Position numbers and translations under genes: made by a program. Below, piece after piece: positions 52,002-64,000 of a stretch of 64,000 bases of DNA. A model generated the notes under the pieces. That model was not told the DNA's origin. It made no database searches and saw nothing but the letters and a program-made list of their open reading frames with translations. Every line of letters starts with the position of its first letter. The first letter of the stretch is position 1. Origin of the DNA: Lama guanicoe (lineage: Eukaryota); the NCBI GenBank assembly GCA_013239625.1, contig MU053379.1, positions 4,705,639 to 4,769,638 of the forward strand, written 5' to 3'.

Positions 52002-52652
52002 TTGAAGATCAGTCTTGCTTTGACATCACCTCTGCTCCACTCTCTCTCCCCGTGGCAGTAACTTGGAGGGGCTCCCCGACCATGAAACGCACTCACAAGC
52101 ATGAACCTGAGAAACAAGACACGCCAGCAGGGCCCACCCACCTTCTCAGAAGCGACCTGATGCCCTGGCTGTGGAAACTGGGCGCAAGTTTCAGGCAGAT
52201 TCCTGGAGGTGCAACAGGACTGGGAGCAGAACTGGGTTTCCAGGGCTGGGACCCCTGAAGTCCCGCCCACGGAGGAGGACCCAGGGCCTGGGAGGGGAGG
52301 GGCTGCATCCCCCAGGCCCATGGCCCTCTCCTTGCAGACTTTCTGGGGCGGCACCAGGTCCGTGATCACAGGCCCCGCAGAGGGCACAGTCTGGGAGTGC
52401 CAGGGTCCTGGGGAGGCTGCCCGGAGTCACTGGGGAGGGACCGCGTGGGAGTCGTGGGCATGGTGAAGGCAGGGCTGATGGATGAGCCCGTTGGTAGTAA
52501 GCAATGTGCTCCGCCCCCGTCCGTCCCTGAGAGGTCCTTCTGACTGGTGACAAGGGACTCCTGAGAAGCCCTTTCTCCTCCCTCACAGACGCGCAGCTTG
52601 ACTCTGAGATCCGCCGGGTTAACAGCTGGGCCTCCGTGTGAGAACACGAGCC

Positions 52653-52679
52653 GACCAGTCAGAGGACCAGTCAGAGGAC
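52653..52679. repeat. 12-bp tandem duplication (gaccagtcagag x2.2)
   Basis: Directly visible. Confidence 0.85.
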
Positions 52680-52804
52680 GTACAGAGACGGGCCTGAAGG
52701 CAGCTCCGCGCTGCAGGGCCGCCCGTCCCTGCCCTCCCCAGGCCGCGGTGACACCCAGAGGGCTCGGAGTCAAGCTGCACGTCTGCAAGGGAGGAGAAGG
52801 CGGA

Positions 52805-52950
52805 TTTAATGAGAAAGAACATGAAAATGAACACACGTGTGTGTGCGTGACTGGGACAGTGTGCTGCACGCCAGAAACCGACACGCTGTAACTGACGGTG
52901 CTTCAACCAGAACAAAGAGAAAACAAGAAATGAAAAAAGAATTTAAAAAT
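52805..52950 (+). mobile_element. 5'-truncated artiodactyl/camelid L1 3' end with a decayed A tail
   Basis: aatgagaaagaacatgaaaatgaa...tgctgcacgccagaaaccgacacgctgtaactgacggtgcttcaa plus an A-rich tail. Confidence 0.85.
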
Positions 52951-55228
52951 GAGAGAGGATGAGGGGCTTCTGAATCCCAAGTTATTTTAATACAGGCCAG
53001 TCCTTCTCTTCCTTCAACTTGCCTGGAATCAGCTCCACAGGACAGACAGACGGGGACCCACAGGCCCTGTTAAAACAACCACAAACCTGAAATCAGAAAA
53101 GGTATCAGGTGCACAGAGACAGACAGACTTCGGGGACCCTCCGAGTTCTAGTCTTTTCTGCCAGCGCAGCCCGGGAAGCGTGGTGAGTTCCCAGCTGTGG
53201 TGACACAGGTATGGCCAGGCTGCCCAACCCGTCCGGACCAGGAGGAAAGTGGGGGGACGGAGAACCAGGACCAGAGGCAGCACAGAGGAAACCAGAGAAC
53301 CTTTCAGGCCAGAGACCATGAAGACCAGAGGAGCAAAGGAGGAAGGAAGCGGGGAAATCTAGCACCACCCTAAATACTCGGAGCATCGGGCACCTCTTCC
53401 TCCCCCGAGCAATCACAGCCCGCTGTCTGCTCTCAGGGCCGGGAGCGCTGCCTGGCGGGCAGACCCCACCTCGGGCGCCTTGGCTGCCTCGGCTGCCTCT
53501 CCACCGCCTGCCTGGACTCACAGTCTGGGGAGCGTTGAAGCTCCTACTGAGCTCCGGTCCCAAGGAAAACAAATCACAGTAAACACAGCGTGGGGGACCT
53601 GAGGTCGGGCGGGAGGTGGGGCCGTCAGTGATCCCGCCGTCTCTGGGCACCGAGGGCATCGTCCGCCTGTACCTGCAGCTGGGCTTCCCCGCGTGGCCTC
53701 CCTCCAAACACTTCCCTGACCTCAGCGCTGGGGGGAGCCCTTAGGAGTGAAACCGACTCCACGGAAAGTCATTCCTCCCGGGGCTCCTTTCCGCCCTCTG
53801 TGCCGCAGCCCTGTCCTCGCCCGACGTCAGAATCCATCCTTTCTCTCCCTCGGACCCATTTCTTGTGTCTTTCTCACCAGTCTTGTCTCCACCTCCTGCA
53901 GGACGCTTTCGTCTTCACTGTGACCCAGCGCACTCGCTCTGCAAAGCGTCTGTGGCCCCGGGCCCTGCGGCCTTGCAGGCTGCAGCTTTGCCCTTCAGAA
54001 CCCGCTGCCTGCCGGGGGAGCAGCGCCTGCTGCATTTCCCACGACACTGCGATGCGTGCGACCTGCTCTCGGCGGCGGCGGCCCCTCGGAGCCAGGGGCC
54101 CTGCCCGCCCCTGCGTTTGTCCTCCGCCCACAGACGCCGAGTTCGGAGACGCCGCGCGTGACAGCGGGGACGGAGCTGAAGCCTTCGCCCCCCTCAGCTC
54201 CCTGGAGCGGATCCCACGTAAGAAACGGGCACAGGTCCCCAGACACAGCCTGCGCGCCAGCGGCCCTGCAGGCTTCCCGGGGGCAGACGGCGCTCCGCAG
54301 CAGAACCTGCCGGCCCTGCGCCGCCGCCAGGGGACGCCGAGTCAGACAGCGCAGCTCCCGCACCTCCAGACACGCTCCTCTCAGCCCTGCCGCCCAGCCA
54401 CCCGGCTCCGCGGGAAGGGGCCTTGTGCGCTGCTCCTCCTGCAGTGTGAAGAGAACTTGTGATCTTGTCGGGAGACGGCTAAGCCTGTAGAAATTAAAGA
54501 ATCGTTGTTAACAGGGGGCCACGGTGTTGGCCTGTAGGAACCTCTCAGCTTCACCCAAAGACGACTAGGAAAAGGACACTTTAAAAAGGTAAGACCTCCC
54601 TGGGTCGCATTTTGCAGCCCAAGGTCATGCTTGGGGAAGAGGGGGTCACAGAGGAGGCGGCCACAGACTCCTAAGGCCAGAGCTCACCCCTCCATCCTCC
54701 GCCTTCGGACAGGAGGGACTGCGCCCCCCACAGCCGCAGGCCCCGGGGACACGCTCCGGCCCCGCGACCGCCCTCTGCACGTGTCCTCACGCTGGCCATT
54801 GGGAAGGGCTGCTCTGGACTCTCCAGGCTGGTTGCCCAGAGTGTTTTGAGGATGCTGTCCAGGGACAGCCCGGACGCCCACCGCTCAGGCTTCGAGCCCT
54901 GGTGAGCGGGTGGTCTCTGCTCAGGGATCTGGGTTAGACCGTCAGGGAGTCCGGCCGCGAGGTCCTCGACTGGTCTGTGTGGGAGTCTGTCACCCCTTTC
55001 TGCCAACAGCAGAGCAAGAGAAAGCTGCGGTCAACTCCCCACCTCCCCCACCGAGCCTCCGCTGTTTCCTCCCTGAGATGAGGAAACGTGGCCTCCCAAG
55101 GAACAGGAGCCAAGGAGGAGCGCTGCCCCGGCTGCCACCAGCTCCGCTGTCTAGCTGCCCAGAAGAGGGTCTTCTCTAAGACAGGGTGGGGGGGCCTCCA
55201 GCCCAGAGTCCCCGGGCTTATTCCAGAT

Positions 55229-55929
55229 TGTTCTGAAATAAACCCAGTGGGAGGAGCCCCACGTGCATGAGAAAGGAACTCAACTGGCAAGGGATGTGGT
55301 CCCAGGGAGAGCCAGCCCCCCCGGGACCCCTGCCCCGCGCTCGCTACAGCCCAGCAGCCCTGTCTCCTCGGGGAGATTCAAAGAAAGAGCAAAACCCAGG
55401 AAACTCAGTTCCGCTGAGGCGAGAAGCCCCATAAAAAGACCGGCAGGACCCCTGGGCAGAGCCGCTGCTCTCCCGCCGGCACCACCCGGTTCCTTGGCCC
55501 AGAGGCTCTCTCTCACTTTTTGCCTCTAAAGCGGCTAACTTACACCTAGAATTCTATTGGTTCCCTGAGCTCACTTCTGATTGGTTGTTACTCTCACTTC
55601 TGATTGGTCCACTTCTCTAACTTCTGATTGGTCTATTTGTAGTACTTCATTTGCATGGAGCTTACTCCTGATTGGTCTATTTCTAAAAGCTTGTTCCTGA
55701 TTGGTCAACTTCTGTTGTACTTTATTTGCATATGATGTTGCAAAGTGTAAAACTGGCAGCCTATAAAGGCCTGTGTAACCCTGCAGACAGGGTCCAGAGG
55801 TTGAAGTGTGGTCTGTTTTCGGCCTGCTGGGGTAATAAACCTGAGTTTTCCAACTCTCCAAGTGTTGCTTGGCTTTTTGAAGGCGTTCAGGTTGCTGTCA
55901 CATCTGAGTTGTGACACTGAGCTGTAACA
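55229..55929 (+). mobile_element. Solo ERV-type LTR with tandem CCAAT boxes
   Basis: TGTT...AACA termini (5' end tentative), CTGATTGG x5 plus CTATTGG, ATTTGCAT x2, TATAAA at 55762 and AATAAA at 55834, in U3-R-U5 order. No convincing TSD. Confidence 0.8.
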
Positions 55930-57559
55930 CATTTTGTCGCAATATCACCTTGTGGACATTTATCCCCTCGCCTGCAAAAGAACTGAAGTGCAGAAGAACA
56001 CCCTTAATTCACGGGATGCTTTGAAATTCCGACATATTCCAGTCTCCGTCTTTTTCGCCCCGATGACTACCGCCCCAGGAGACCTCCTTCCCCCCAAACA
56101 CTGCCAGCACCAGCAGGGCTTCAGGCCTTCACGGGGACCTTCCCACAGCTGCAGTCTGTTTTTGCTTTATCCTCAGGCCGTGGACAGAGGCGGCGACTGC
56201 CCCAGGCAGTGGAACCCTCACCCCTTAAAAGAGGCCACGAGTAAGGGAGAAGGTCCCACGCCCGACAGTTTACGCCGTTCTTTCATTCCCCTCGGCGTTT
56301 GTCAAGCCGCAGGTTCTGTTCTTTAGCGCAGCCTTCTGCACGCCTGGTCTTCTCCCACATCCAGGTGCCCCCTCGCAAAAAGGGGGGGGATTTCCGAGGC
56401 TCCTTTAGGGGTGATCGCAAAGGTGGGTTCTGCTTCTCCGGGGGGTGTGCGCAGGAACGCTCCTGGAGGCTCTTCAGTTTGGTTATAAACCCTTAAGTCA
56501 CATAATCACAGCACTGCAACTTGCTTTAGCCTGAGCTGAGATTTTCAAAAATGTTGCAAAGCTGACACCTTTGGAGAATCAAATGAACTCCCCACCCAGC
56601 TCTCACTTTTCCCCAGAAAGTGTCCCACCCACTCCTCCCCACAACTAGCCGCTGGCCGACCGAAACTCTGCACCTGGTGCCCGTCACTGGTGAGGCAATT
56701 AAGGCGCAGGGATCATCCTGTGAGCAAAGCGTCGGAGGGAAATTATCCAAAAACTATTGCAATTTGATGCTGTATTAGGAGCTTTTATGGAGCTTGGCGT
56801 GATGCAGGGCTTCTTCAGGAGGAGAACCTGCACCTCTAGGTGGACACCCCCCTCCCTCGAAACGCAGTGTTTAACCGGCCAGGCCTGGGGAATGAGCCTG
56901 CTTAGAAGTTCATATTTAAGCAAATGACCGAGGGATGGTTACTCATTTCATCCTTGGTTTTTCTGAGCTGTTGAGTCTTTGGTTAACAAAATGTTGGCCA
57001 GAAAGTGAGGCGTAGCAACGTCCCCCGTTTTCCACAAGAGCCGACCGCGCACAGCGTGGCTGTGTCTGGGCGTCTTTGCAATTCTGTTTGCCACTGACCA
57101 TGGAGGGAGGAATTAACCTGACCAAAGGGGAGCAGTGCCTCTGTCCCGTCCTGGGAGTTCACCCTGGGCCCTTGGCGTTTCCTGGGCAGAGGAGCCTCTG
57201 TTCTCCCTGGGGGTCCCCTGGGACCACACCTGGCATTGGTGCTAAGGAGGTGGCAGTTCTCCAGGAATGTGGGTGTCTGGTTCTGGTGCCATCCTGGCCT
57301 CGGGGACCGGCACAGGGCAGAGGGACCCCCCCAGATCAGAGCAGTTTCCTGTCCACTCTTTGCTTCCGCATCCTCTGCCATGTAAACACTTAACCAGACA
57401 GAAGTGTTCTGGGACCCAAAGTCATGGCGACCCAAGCGAGCAGAGAGGTTGGCGCTGTCTGAATCGTGGCCTTTGTCTCCGCGGCGGCCGGAGGAGTGCG
57501 CTCTGAGGGCACACCTGCACAGACGGGACGTGCTATGTGGGCGTCCGGGCTTGACTTGT

Positions 57560-58085
57560 GGTGCAGAGATCATAACCTGTCGTGTGTGGCTTCACAGCAC
57601 AAGAGGTGGGGGACGACCCGATGAACCACATGTGGACGATTTCCCGAACGAGCCCTGGTGGAGCCGCGCTAGGTCACCACTAGGTTGTTACAAATATTAA
57701 AATTCGGCAGCCGAGGGCGTGTACATAGAGCACATGGGATGAAGAGCAATTCTCAGGATTTACTGTGAAGTTAAAAAAAGGAACGAAAACCAGGTCGGAG
57801 GGAATGTAGATAGGACACAGTATTTTGCATAAAATGGAAAGGGAAACGTGAAAATGTCCCTGTATGTGAATCCATGAATCATCTTGTTTTGTTTTAGAAA
57901 CGCTGGGAGGACACACCAGGCATGCATTCTCTTGGTAACTATTCGTGGATATTCTGATAAAACAGCAGAAGGAGCCGAGGGGGACAGAGGGCGGGATTTT
58001 GACCGTGCAGTGCACATTCATGCAATTTTAACATTTGAGCGATGTCAGTGTCTTACATGTTCTAAAAAGTTAAAAAACAGTAAAA
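57560..58085 (+). mobile_element. Old L1 (L1MC/ME-like) 3' region
   Basis: gaaacgctgggaggacacaccag...ttggtaactat...acatttgagcgatgtcagtgtcttacatgttctaaaaagttaaaaa resembles L1MC4/ME3 3' ends. Confidence 0.6.
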
Positions 58086-60779
58086 GTGAGTGAATCGCAA
58101 ATGCCGCCACCTGAGACAAGCCTGCGACAGACGGAAACATCGCCGCTCAGAGGAAGCGATCACTCCCAGGGGCCCTGAGCACAGCCCTCTGGCCGCGTGT
58201 CTGCGGAGGGTGAGTCCCGCTGAGAGGCCATTGTCTCTGCCCACGGCTCTCGTGTTGGTGACCCCGACACAAAGATGTTGCCGCTCCTCCAGGCACCTTG
58301 CACAGAAAAGGAGCGACACACGGGCCAGTGTTACCAACCATGCTCTTGGGTAGAAGAGACCACTTGCAACTGTAAACATTCAGAAAAAGACCCATAACAT
58401 AGAATTTTAACTGGAAAATTTTAAAAGACGTAAAGGTCTCGTCACCCTTGGTGGTGGGACCTCAGTGCCCAGGCGGTGGCCTCTTAGCGCCACTGGACAC
58501 ATTTGCTTGGGAGTGAGTCCAGAACCACCAACCCTGGGCGAGGAAGGGAAGGCCACCTGCACGAGTGGACCCTGCGGGGGTCGCCAGGGCTGCAAAGAGA
58601 CGTGTGTTTGCCTTTATGGGGGGTGGGAGTGGGGACCCCACCATCTCCATCCACCTTTGGTTGAGGGGCACCTCCAGGGCACCAGCTCGTGGGATACATC
58701 CCCGCCGGCCCTGAGGCCAGGGCACCCCCCACCACTCGGGACAAAGGCGCAGCATCCCCAGCCCGTGGGGAGCCACCTGCTCACGTGGTCTGTGGGGTGT
58801 GTCCAGCCGGGAGCCACAGCCGGTCCTGGGATGGACACTGAGCAGGGATGGGCCCTCTGCTCCTCAGTGTCTGTCCCCTGGTGTCTGCCTGGCCCAGGAA
58901 GCCACCGCCCGCCCGGCCAGAGCACCTTTGACTGAGAAAATTGGCTCATTTTCCTGAAAACATTCTGGCCACACGTCATATCACTTCCGTCCTCAGAATA
59001 ATTAGCTCACTCGTGGGGAAATATGCCCTGGAAATTGTCCAAGAGAGTGGACTCGGGGCAACTTAGTGGGAAGCAGTATTGCCTCGTGTTCCGGGAAGAC
59101 CGTGTGACCTTGAACTTCCCTGTGGGCCTCGGAGGCCCTGCTGTGAGGCTGAACCCCGTGTCACTTACATGGGTCAGGGCCACTGTGACCTGGCCTGTTT
59201 CTCCTCCTCTTTCTCGCTATGCACTGAGCGAAAGCCAACGAGCCCGAATTCTGTTCCTTCGTAAACCACCCATCCCGCCACAGCCCTGCCTCCTCACCAG
59301 AAGGAAGGACCGTCGAGGTGACAGACCCGCGCCCCCCGCTTTCCCACACGACAGGAGTGAGACCCACAGGGGTCAGGTGCTACTTAGGGGAAAGTCACAA
59401 CGGAGCATCGCCGTGCGGCCCCCAGCAGGTGGCTCAGGCTCACACCTCTGCCCAGAGCCGGGCCCTTGGGCCCCAGAGGGAACAGCGTCGTTGCCCCAGA
59501 CGCCCAGCAGACTCACCAGCGCTCGCTCGTTAGGACTAGAGCGTCCTCTCTGGTGGGTAGCTCATCACCACTATGTTTAAAAACCTGCCACAACCCACGA
59601 ACCCCGCGGGCCAGGCCTCCCTCCGGCACGGGTTCTGTGGACTCTGAGCAAAGCCCTGAGCGGCGGGAGACGGGCGGCGGGCAGCAGCAGGGGCTTGAGC
59701 AGGAGGCTGTGTGACAGCAGGAGTGCCCGCTGCCGCCGGGCTGGGCGCACGGGGGCCGCAGGGACGCGGCTGTCACAGCCAACTCTACAGGCTGGGTCTG
59801 GGACAAACCAGCACGTGCTGCTTGGGGGGGCTCAGCCCACGCCGCTCCAGAAGCAGGGACGGGACCAAAAACGTACTGCGCAACAATGAACAAACGAGGA
59901 AACCGCCACGGTGCAGCCTGTGTGCCCTCGGAGCCGGGACAGGCGCACGCTCGGGGGCCGAGGGCCGAGAGCCGGCAGCCGACAGCTCTCGCTCTGGACC
60001 GAGGTCGAAGCCCTCTGGTCACCCTCCACCTGCCCGGCCTCTCCTCCATGTCCCCGTCACCACTCCACGCCTGTGTGACACTCCCCAGGGCAGGGGCGGC
60101 CATGGGAGCAAAGTGCCCGGCCCCTGCCCTGGGCTCGCTCAGCGGCTTTTGGACCGGAGACAACAGCCGCGAACACGCGGGCGGCCGCTGGGTCTTGGAG
60201 GAGGACAGGCGTCCCTGGTAGCGCCTGCGGCCCCGGCCTTGTGGGTAAGAGCGTCTCTTTCCCTGCGAAAGTGTCCCGACCTGGACAGTAACGACACGGC
60301 CACCCTGTGCTCTGGGGCCTCCAGGCGCCTGTCACACACCTGGACTTAGGAAGCTGAGAGTCCGCCTGCGTCTCTCACCCCAGCAGGCGAGGGAAATGGA
60401 CGCATGAAGTACTCAGGTTTCCCAGCGGGTCCTCCCCGCCCGTCCTTCTCCAAGGTGAGGGGTGGGAAGAGTCGGGGACATCACCGCTGTGACGCCAAAC
60501 ACCGGCTCACGGAGAACTGTCTTGAAAATGATGAGTAGTCAGCCCTGACTGGAAGGCCGCACGCAGCACGGTTCTCCAGCGTCACGTGGTTCCAGCCTCG
60601 CAGTGACCCCGGGTGGAAATGAGGGCCCCTGGGGCTCAGGGTACCCCGGACGCAGGTGGGAATCCCAGCCTCGGGCAGAGGCCACCGGGGCTGGTCCCGG
60701 TCCCTCTTCCACCCTCAGCCGCGGGGCTGGACGCGGGAGCCGCGGTGAGATGCCTGTCAGCCTCTGCTTTCTCCCCGCT

Positions 60780-61130
60780 CATTTCCGACATCCAATTAAT
60801 CTTCCAAACGTTCGGCCCGGGGGAGGGAGGAGCAGGCAGAAGCCGTGGGTAACCGTAATGAAGCACTAATCAGCCTCATTTCTGCAAATGCGCGGCTCCC
60901 CCTTCGTCCCAGGTGGGCGGCCCGTCCCCGCGGTGTTTACATGTGTGCAAACAGGAGATACCAAGAGGCGAGGCGGGCCCGGATGCAAATACCCGAGTGT
61001 GAAGCTGCGGCCTCAATTAGCGGGGCTCCTGGCAGGGAAGCGGGACTTATCTGCCTTTCTCAGCCCTGCAGGCTTTGTTGAATATGAAAGGACATTTGGC
61101 ACAAATTAACTTTCTCTTATTGGAAGAACA
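60780..61130. promoter_or_regulatory. Candidate developmental enhancer
   Basis: Cluster of TAAT/ATTA cores, octamer ATGCAAAT (60983), forkhead TGTTTAC (60934) and SOX/TCF-like CTTTGTT (61073) in non-repeat sequence. Confidence 0.4.
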
Positions 61131-61864
61131 GAGCAGGGAGACGAAGCTCCCGCACGCGCGTGAGAGTCAGGGCAGCAGGGCTGCGGGGGCTGCAGACGGG
61201 GTCCGTCTGCTGGGGCAGACGGTCTTCAGCGGGAAGAGGTCCCCCAGGCCGGGGGCGATCTGAAAGTAAAACAATTCAGACAACCCCAGCGGCCCCCAGA
61301 GCTCGCAGAGCACACAGCACCGCTCTGGGGGGATGCCGGCAAGCGAGGCCAGCTGCTCCCTGGGCTTCACGCGGGGTTCCCTCCGTGCGCACTGCTTTGG
61401 AACCGGTGGAGGTGGGTTCCGGTTACAGACGCCCTGGAGGCCGGGCAGGTGGCCACTGTGGCCTGGCTGCCCACACAGCGCCGGGCGCGTGGGAGACAGC
61501 GGGGCCTGAGGGCCCTCGGGGCTTCAGCCTGGTGGGCAGGAAGTCAGGTGCAACGGGGGAGGTCCCTGAGAAGTCGCCCCTCGAGGGCGTGCGGCTGAGG
61601 CTGCTGGAGGCGCGGGAGGAACAGGTCGGGAGGACGTCACAGGAAAGGCACGCACCGCGGACACCCAGCAACGAGTGGAGACGCCGGCCGCCCCTGGAGC
61701 CTGAGGCCATGAGAAGTGAGCCCAGCGCTGAGACGGACGCGGTGGGCCGCCTCCCACGCTGCGCCCGGGGGAGAGGCTCGCTCAGGGCACAGAGCCCTGA
61801 GGGCGGGCCGGGCCCAGGGGCGGCGTGGGGGCCCCTTCCTCGGCAGGCCGCTCCTCCGCCCCGG

Positions 61865-61965
61865 GCGCCCATTTCCTCGTCTGTGAGACGGACGGGATTA
61901 GCATCTGCCACACGGGGTTGAACGGGGTTAAGTGAAAAAATACGTGCAAAATTCTTAAAGCAGGC
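61865..61965 (+). mobile_element. MIR core fragment
   Basis: tttcctcgtctgtgagacgg...acacggggttgaacggggttaagtgaaaaaatacgtgcaaa. Confidence 0.65.
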
Positions 61966-64000
61966 TCTGAATGGGAAGGCCACCCAAGGATTCTTGGGAG
62001 ACCGAGCCCCTGGGGAGGAGGCCTGCGAGGGCCGGGCGGGGGTGCCCGCTGGCCTTGCAGGGCTGAGTCTCTGCGGTGAACGTCTCGGTGAAAGGAGGGG
62101 AAACCCAGGGCTTCCTGGGCTAAGAAACAAAAGGGTCAGTGAGGCTGGGCCTGACCGTCCACCACATCCAGTGTCCAGAGCTTGTATTCATATAAAAATG
62201 ATCGAATAAATGTAGCAGCAGCTGAATCATCGAGGCAAGAAATAAAGTGGTGCTTTTGTGAGTGACGTGCATGAACAGTGAAGATAAAGGTTTATGGGTT
62301 TTGTTTTTTTTAATGTGAGAGACTTTGCTAAGTGTTTAAATTGATGAGAAGAGATGGTTAAGGGTTCAGGGTGTGGGGCGGGAGGTCACAGACTCGCTCA
62401 CAAAGCCCCTGGCCGCCCACGTCTCTCCCTCCCAAACTCCCAGCAGTCTTTTACTGTGAATTGGGGGACAACGGACTTCCAAAAGATCATTTGGGGAGTT
62501 TTGGCAATTTGATTGCTCCCACCAGGATATCGCCAACTCGGGCAGTTGTAACAGGAAAATGAGGCAGTTACATCAAGGGAGGCAGAGGTCTCTGCGTGGA
62601 GGTCGGAGGACGGAGGGTCCACATGGGCATCTGACCAAAGGAGGTCACCTTGGGGCGTGAGTCGGGGAGGAATGGAAATGTGACCGCTTCCCCTGGCTGC
62701 GCGGGCTCCTGAGGTGTCGTGGAAGGTCCCCGCCACCGCGGGCGCGTGCTCTGAGGGCAGGTGGAACCGTAGCCGCTGAGACACAGGGATGCGTGGCTCC
62801 CGAGCGTCCAGAGGGGAGGGCAGAGCCACCCTGGCGCAGGGTGTGGTGGGCTGTGCAGAACTTAGGCAGCAGGGACGCAAAAAGCGTGGTTCTCTCTTTG
62901 GTGGGAGGACCAGGAACGGAAGGACGGGTGCAGGCCAGGTGTGGGTGCGGGTGGGTGACGGGGCGGCGCTTTGGGGGCAGCTGCGGAGAGGGTGGAGGGT
63001 GGTCAGACGCTGGATGTGTTTAGGGGGTGAAGCCAGCGTCACCTGCTGAAGAGCTGAATGGGGGCTGTGGGTTTAAAAAGCCTCGAAGAGGAAGCTCTTG
63101 TTTCCTGCCTGCCCGGCTGGAAGGAGAGAGGCCCCACTCACAGGTCCAGGAGGGAGCGCCGGGCAGCAGGTGCGCAGGGAGGGCGGGCGCCCTGCCTGGG
63201 GCACATGCAGCGTCTCCATGATTTGATTTCTCTCCGCAGAGGAATGAGAACTTTTGCATAATGCGGAATTATTTCAATTCATTCCAAAAACAGTCCCCGC
63301 GTCTTGCCTTCGTTCCTTTACATAACTCAACATTATACAGCTTTCTAACAATAACTCCAAGAGCGCCCTCACTTCCTGCTGCAACCCAGGTTTCTATTTT
63401 CTCCTCAGAAATGACGGCGCTCGGCGGGCGCTATGCTCCTCGCTGTGGGGAAGGCTGGCGTGCCTGAGATCAGACACGTGCAGGTGGAAAGGGAGCTTCG
63501 TCCTGGGGAGGGCATCGGCCCTCCAGCGCCTGGCTTCTACCTCTGCTCAGTGAGAAACGTGTTGTCTCATTCTCTGCGAAAAAGTTTAGCTCGGAAACGC
63601 CGCAGGGACACTCAGCAGGAGATGGAGGGCTGGGCGGCGGGTTCTGCCCACCACATCCTCCCCAGGACCCCTCCCCGCGATGGGAGCCCCGCCCTCTGTT
63701 CCTGTAGGGCCAGCTGGTTTTCCACGTGGGGGTCGGATGGGGGGTCCTGGATGGACCCTTCAGACACTTAAGTCGACTTCACCTTAAGAGGCCCGCGGCT
63801 TTCTCTGCCTCCTGCTGCTGGCTCCACGCCAGGAACTGGGGTCAGACCCCCTCAGAGGCCCCGAAGGGAACCCAGGAGTAGAAGGTAGAGACTCCATGAG
63901 CTTGTATGAGAGAACATGTAACTTTACTTCACTTACGTCTAACTGAAAATTAGAATTTCCTTCTATTATAAATGTTGGCCAAAAAGGGGGAAAAAAACCC

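Noticed and set aside
55550-55710. CRISPR-like repeat-spacer array (CTGATTGGT repeats)
   Set aside because: The context is mammalian, the repeats are only about 9-12 bp with irregular related spacers, and they are followed by TATA, polyA signal and a CA end, so this is an LTR U3.
249-63771. Hundreds of 60-266 aa ORFs in the supplied track
   Set aside because: They overlap in all six frames, are rich in Pro/Gly/Arg/Ala, often start at GTG/TTG and show no recognisable domains. This is expected from stop-codon scarcity in GC-rich eukaryotic DNA.

Overview
This is GC- and CpG-rich mammalian genomic DNA, most likely from a camelid. The assignment rests on four copies of a tRNA-derived SINE with the camelid (vic-1 type) head and CCTAATTACC tail, plus an artiodactyl-type L1 3' end. 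The window is mostly non-coding. It carries many old, strongly GC-shifted interspersed repeats (MIR, L2, L1M, MLT1/MaLR LTRs, MER5, MER20), simple repeats and several AT-rich, homeodomain-motif-rich islands that look like enhancers. I recognise no known protein-coding gene, and nearly all ORFs in the supplied track are explained by high GC. Three signals stand out: (1) a solo ERV-type LTR at about 55.2-55.9 kb with six CCAAT boxes, two octamer sites, a TATA box and a polyA signal; (2) a phase-compatible two-exon minus-strand ORF (29571-29450 joined to 28970-28511, 193 aa), with further exon-like units on the same strand; (3) pervasive AT-to-GC drift in repeats. Repeat family calls come from remembered consensus motifs, so boundaries are approximate. 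I cannot support a claim of a novel biological system.
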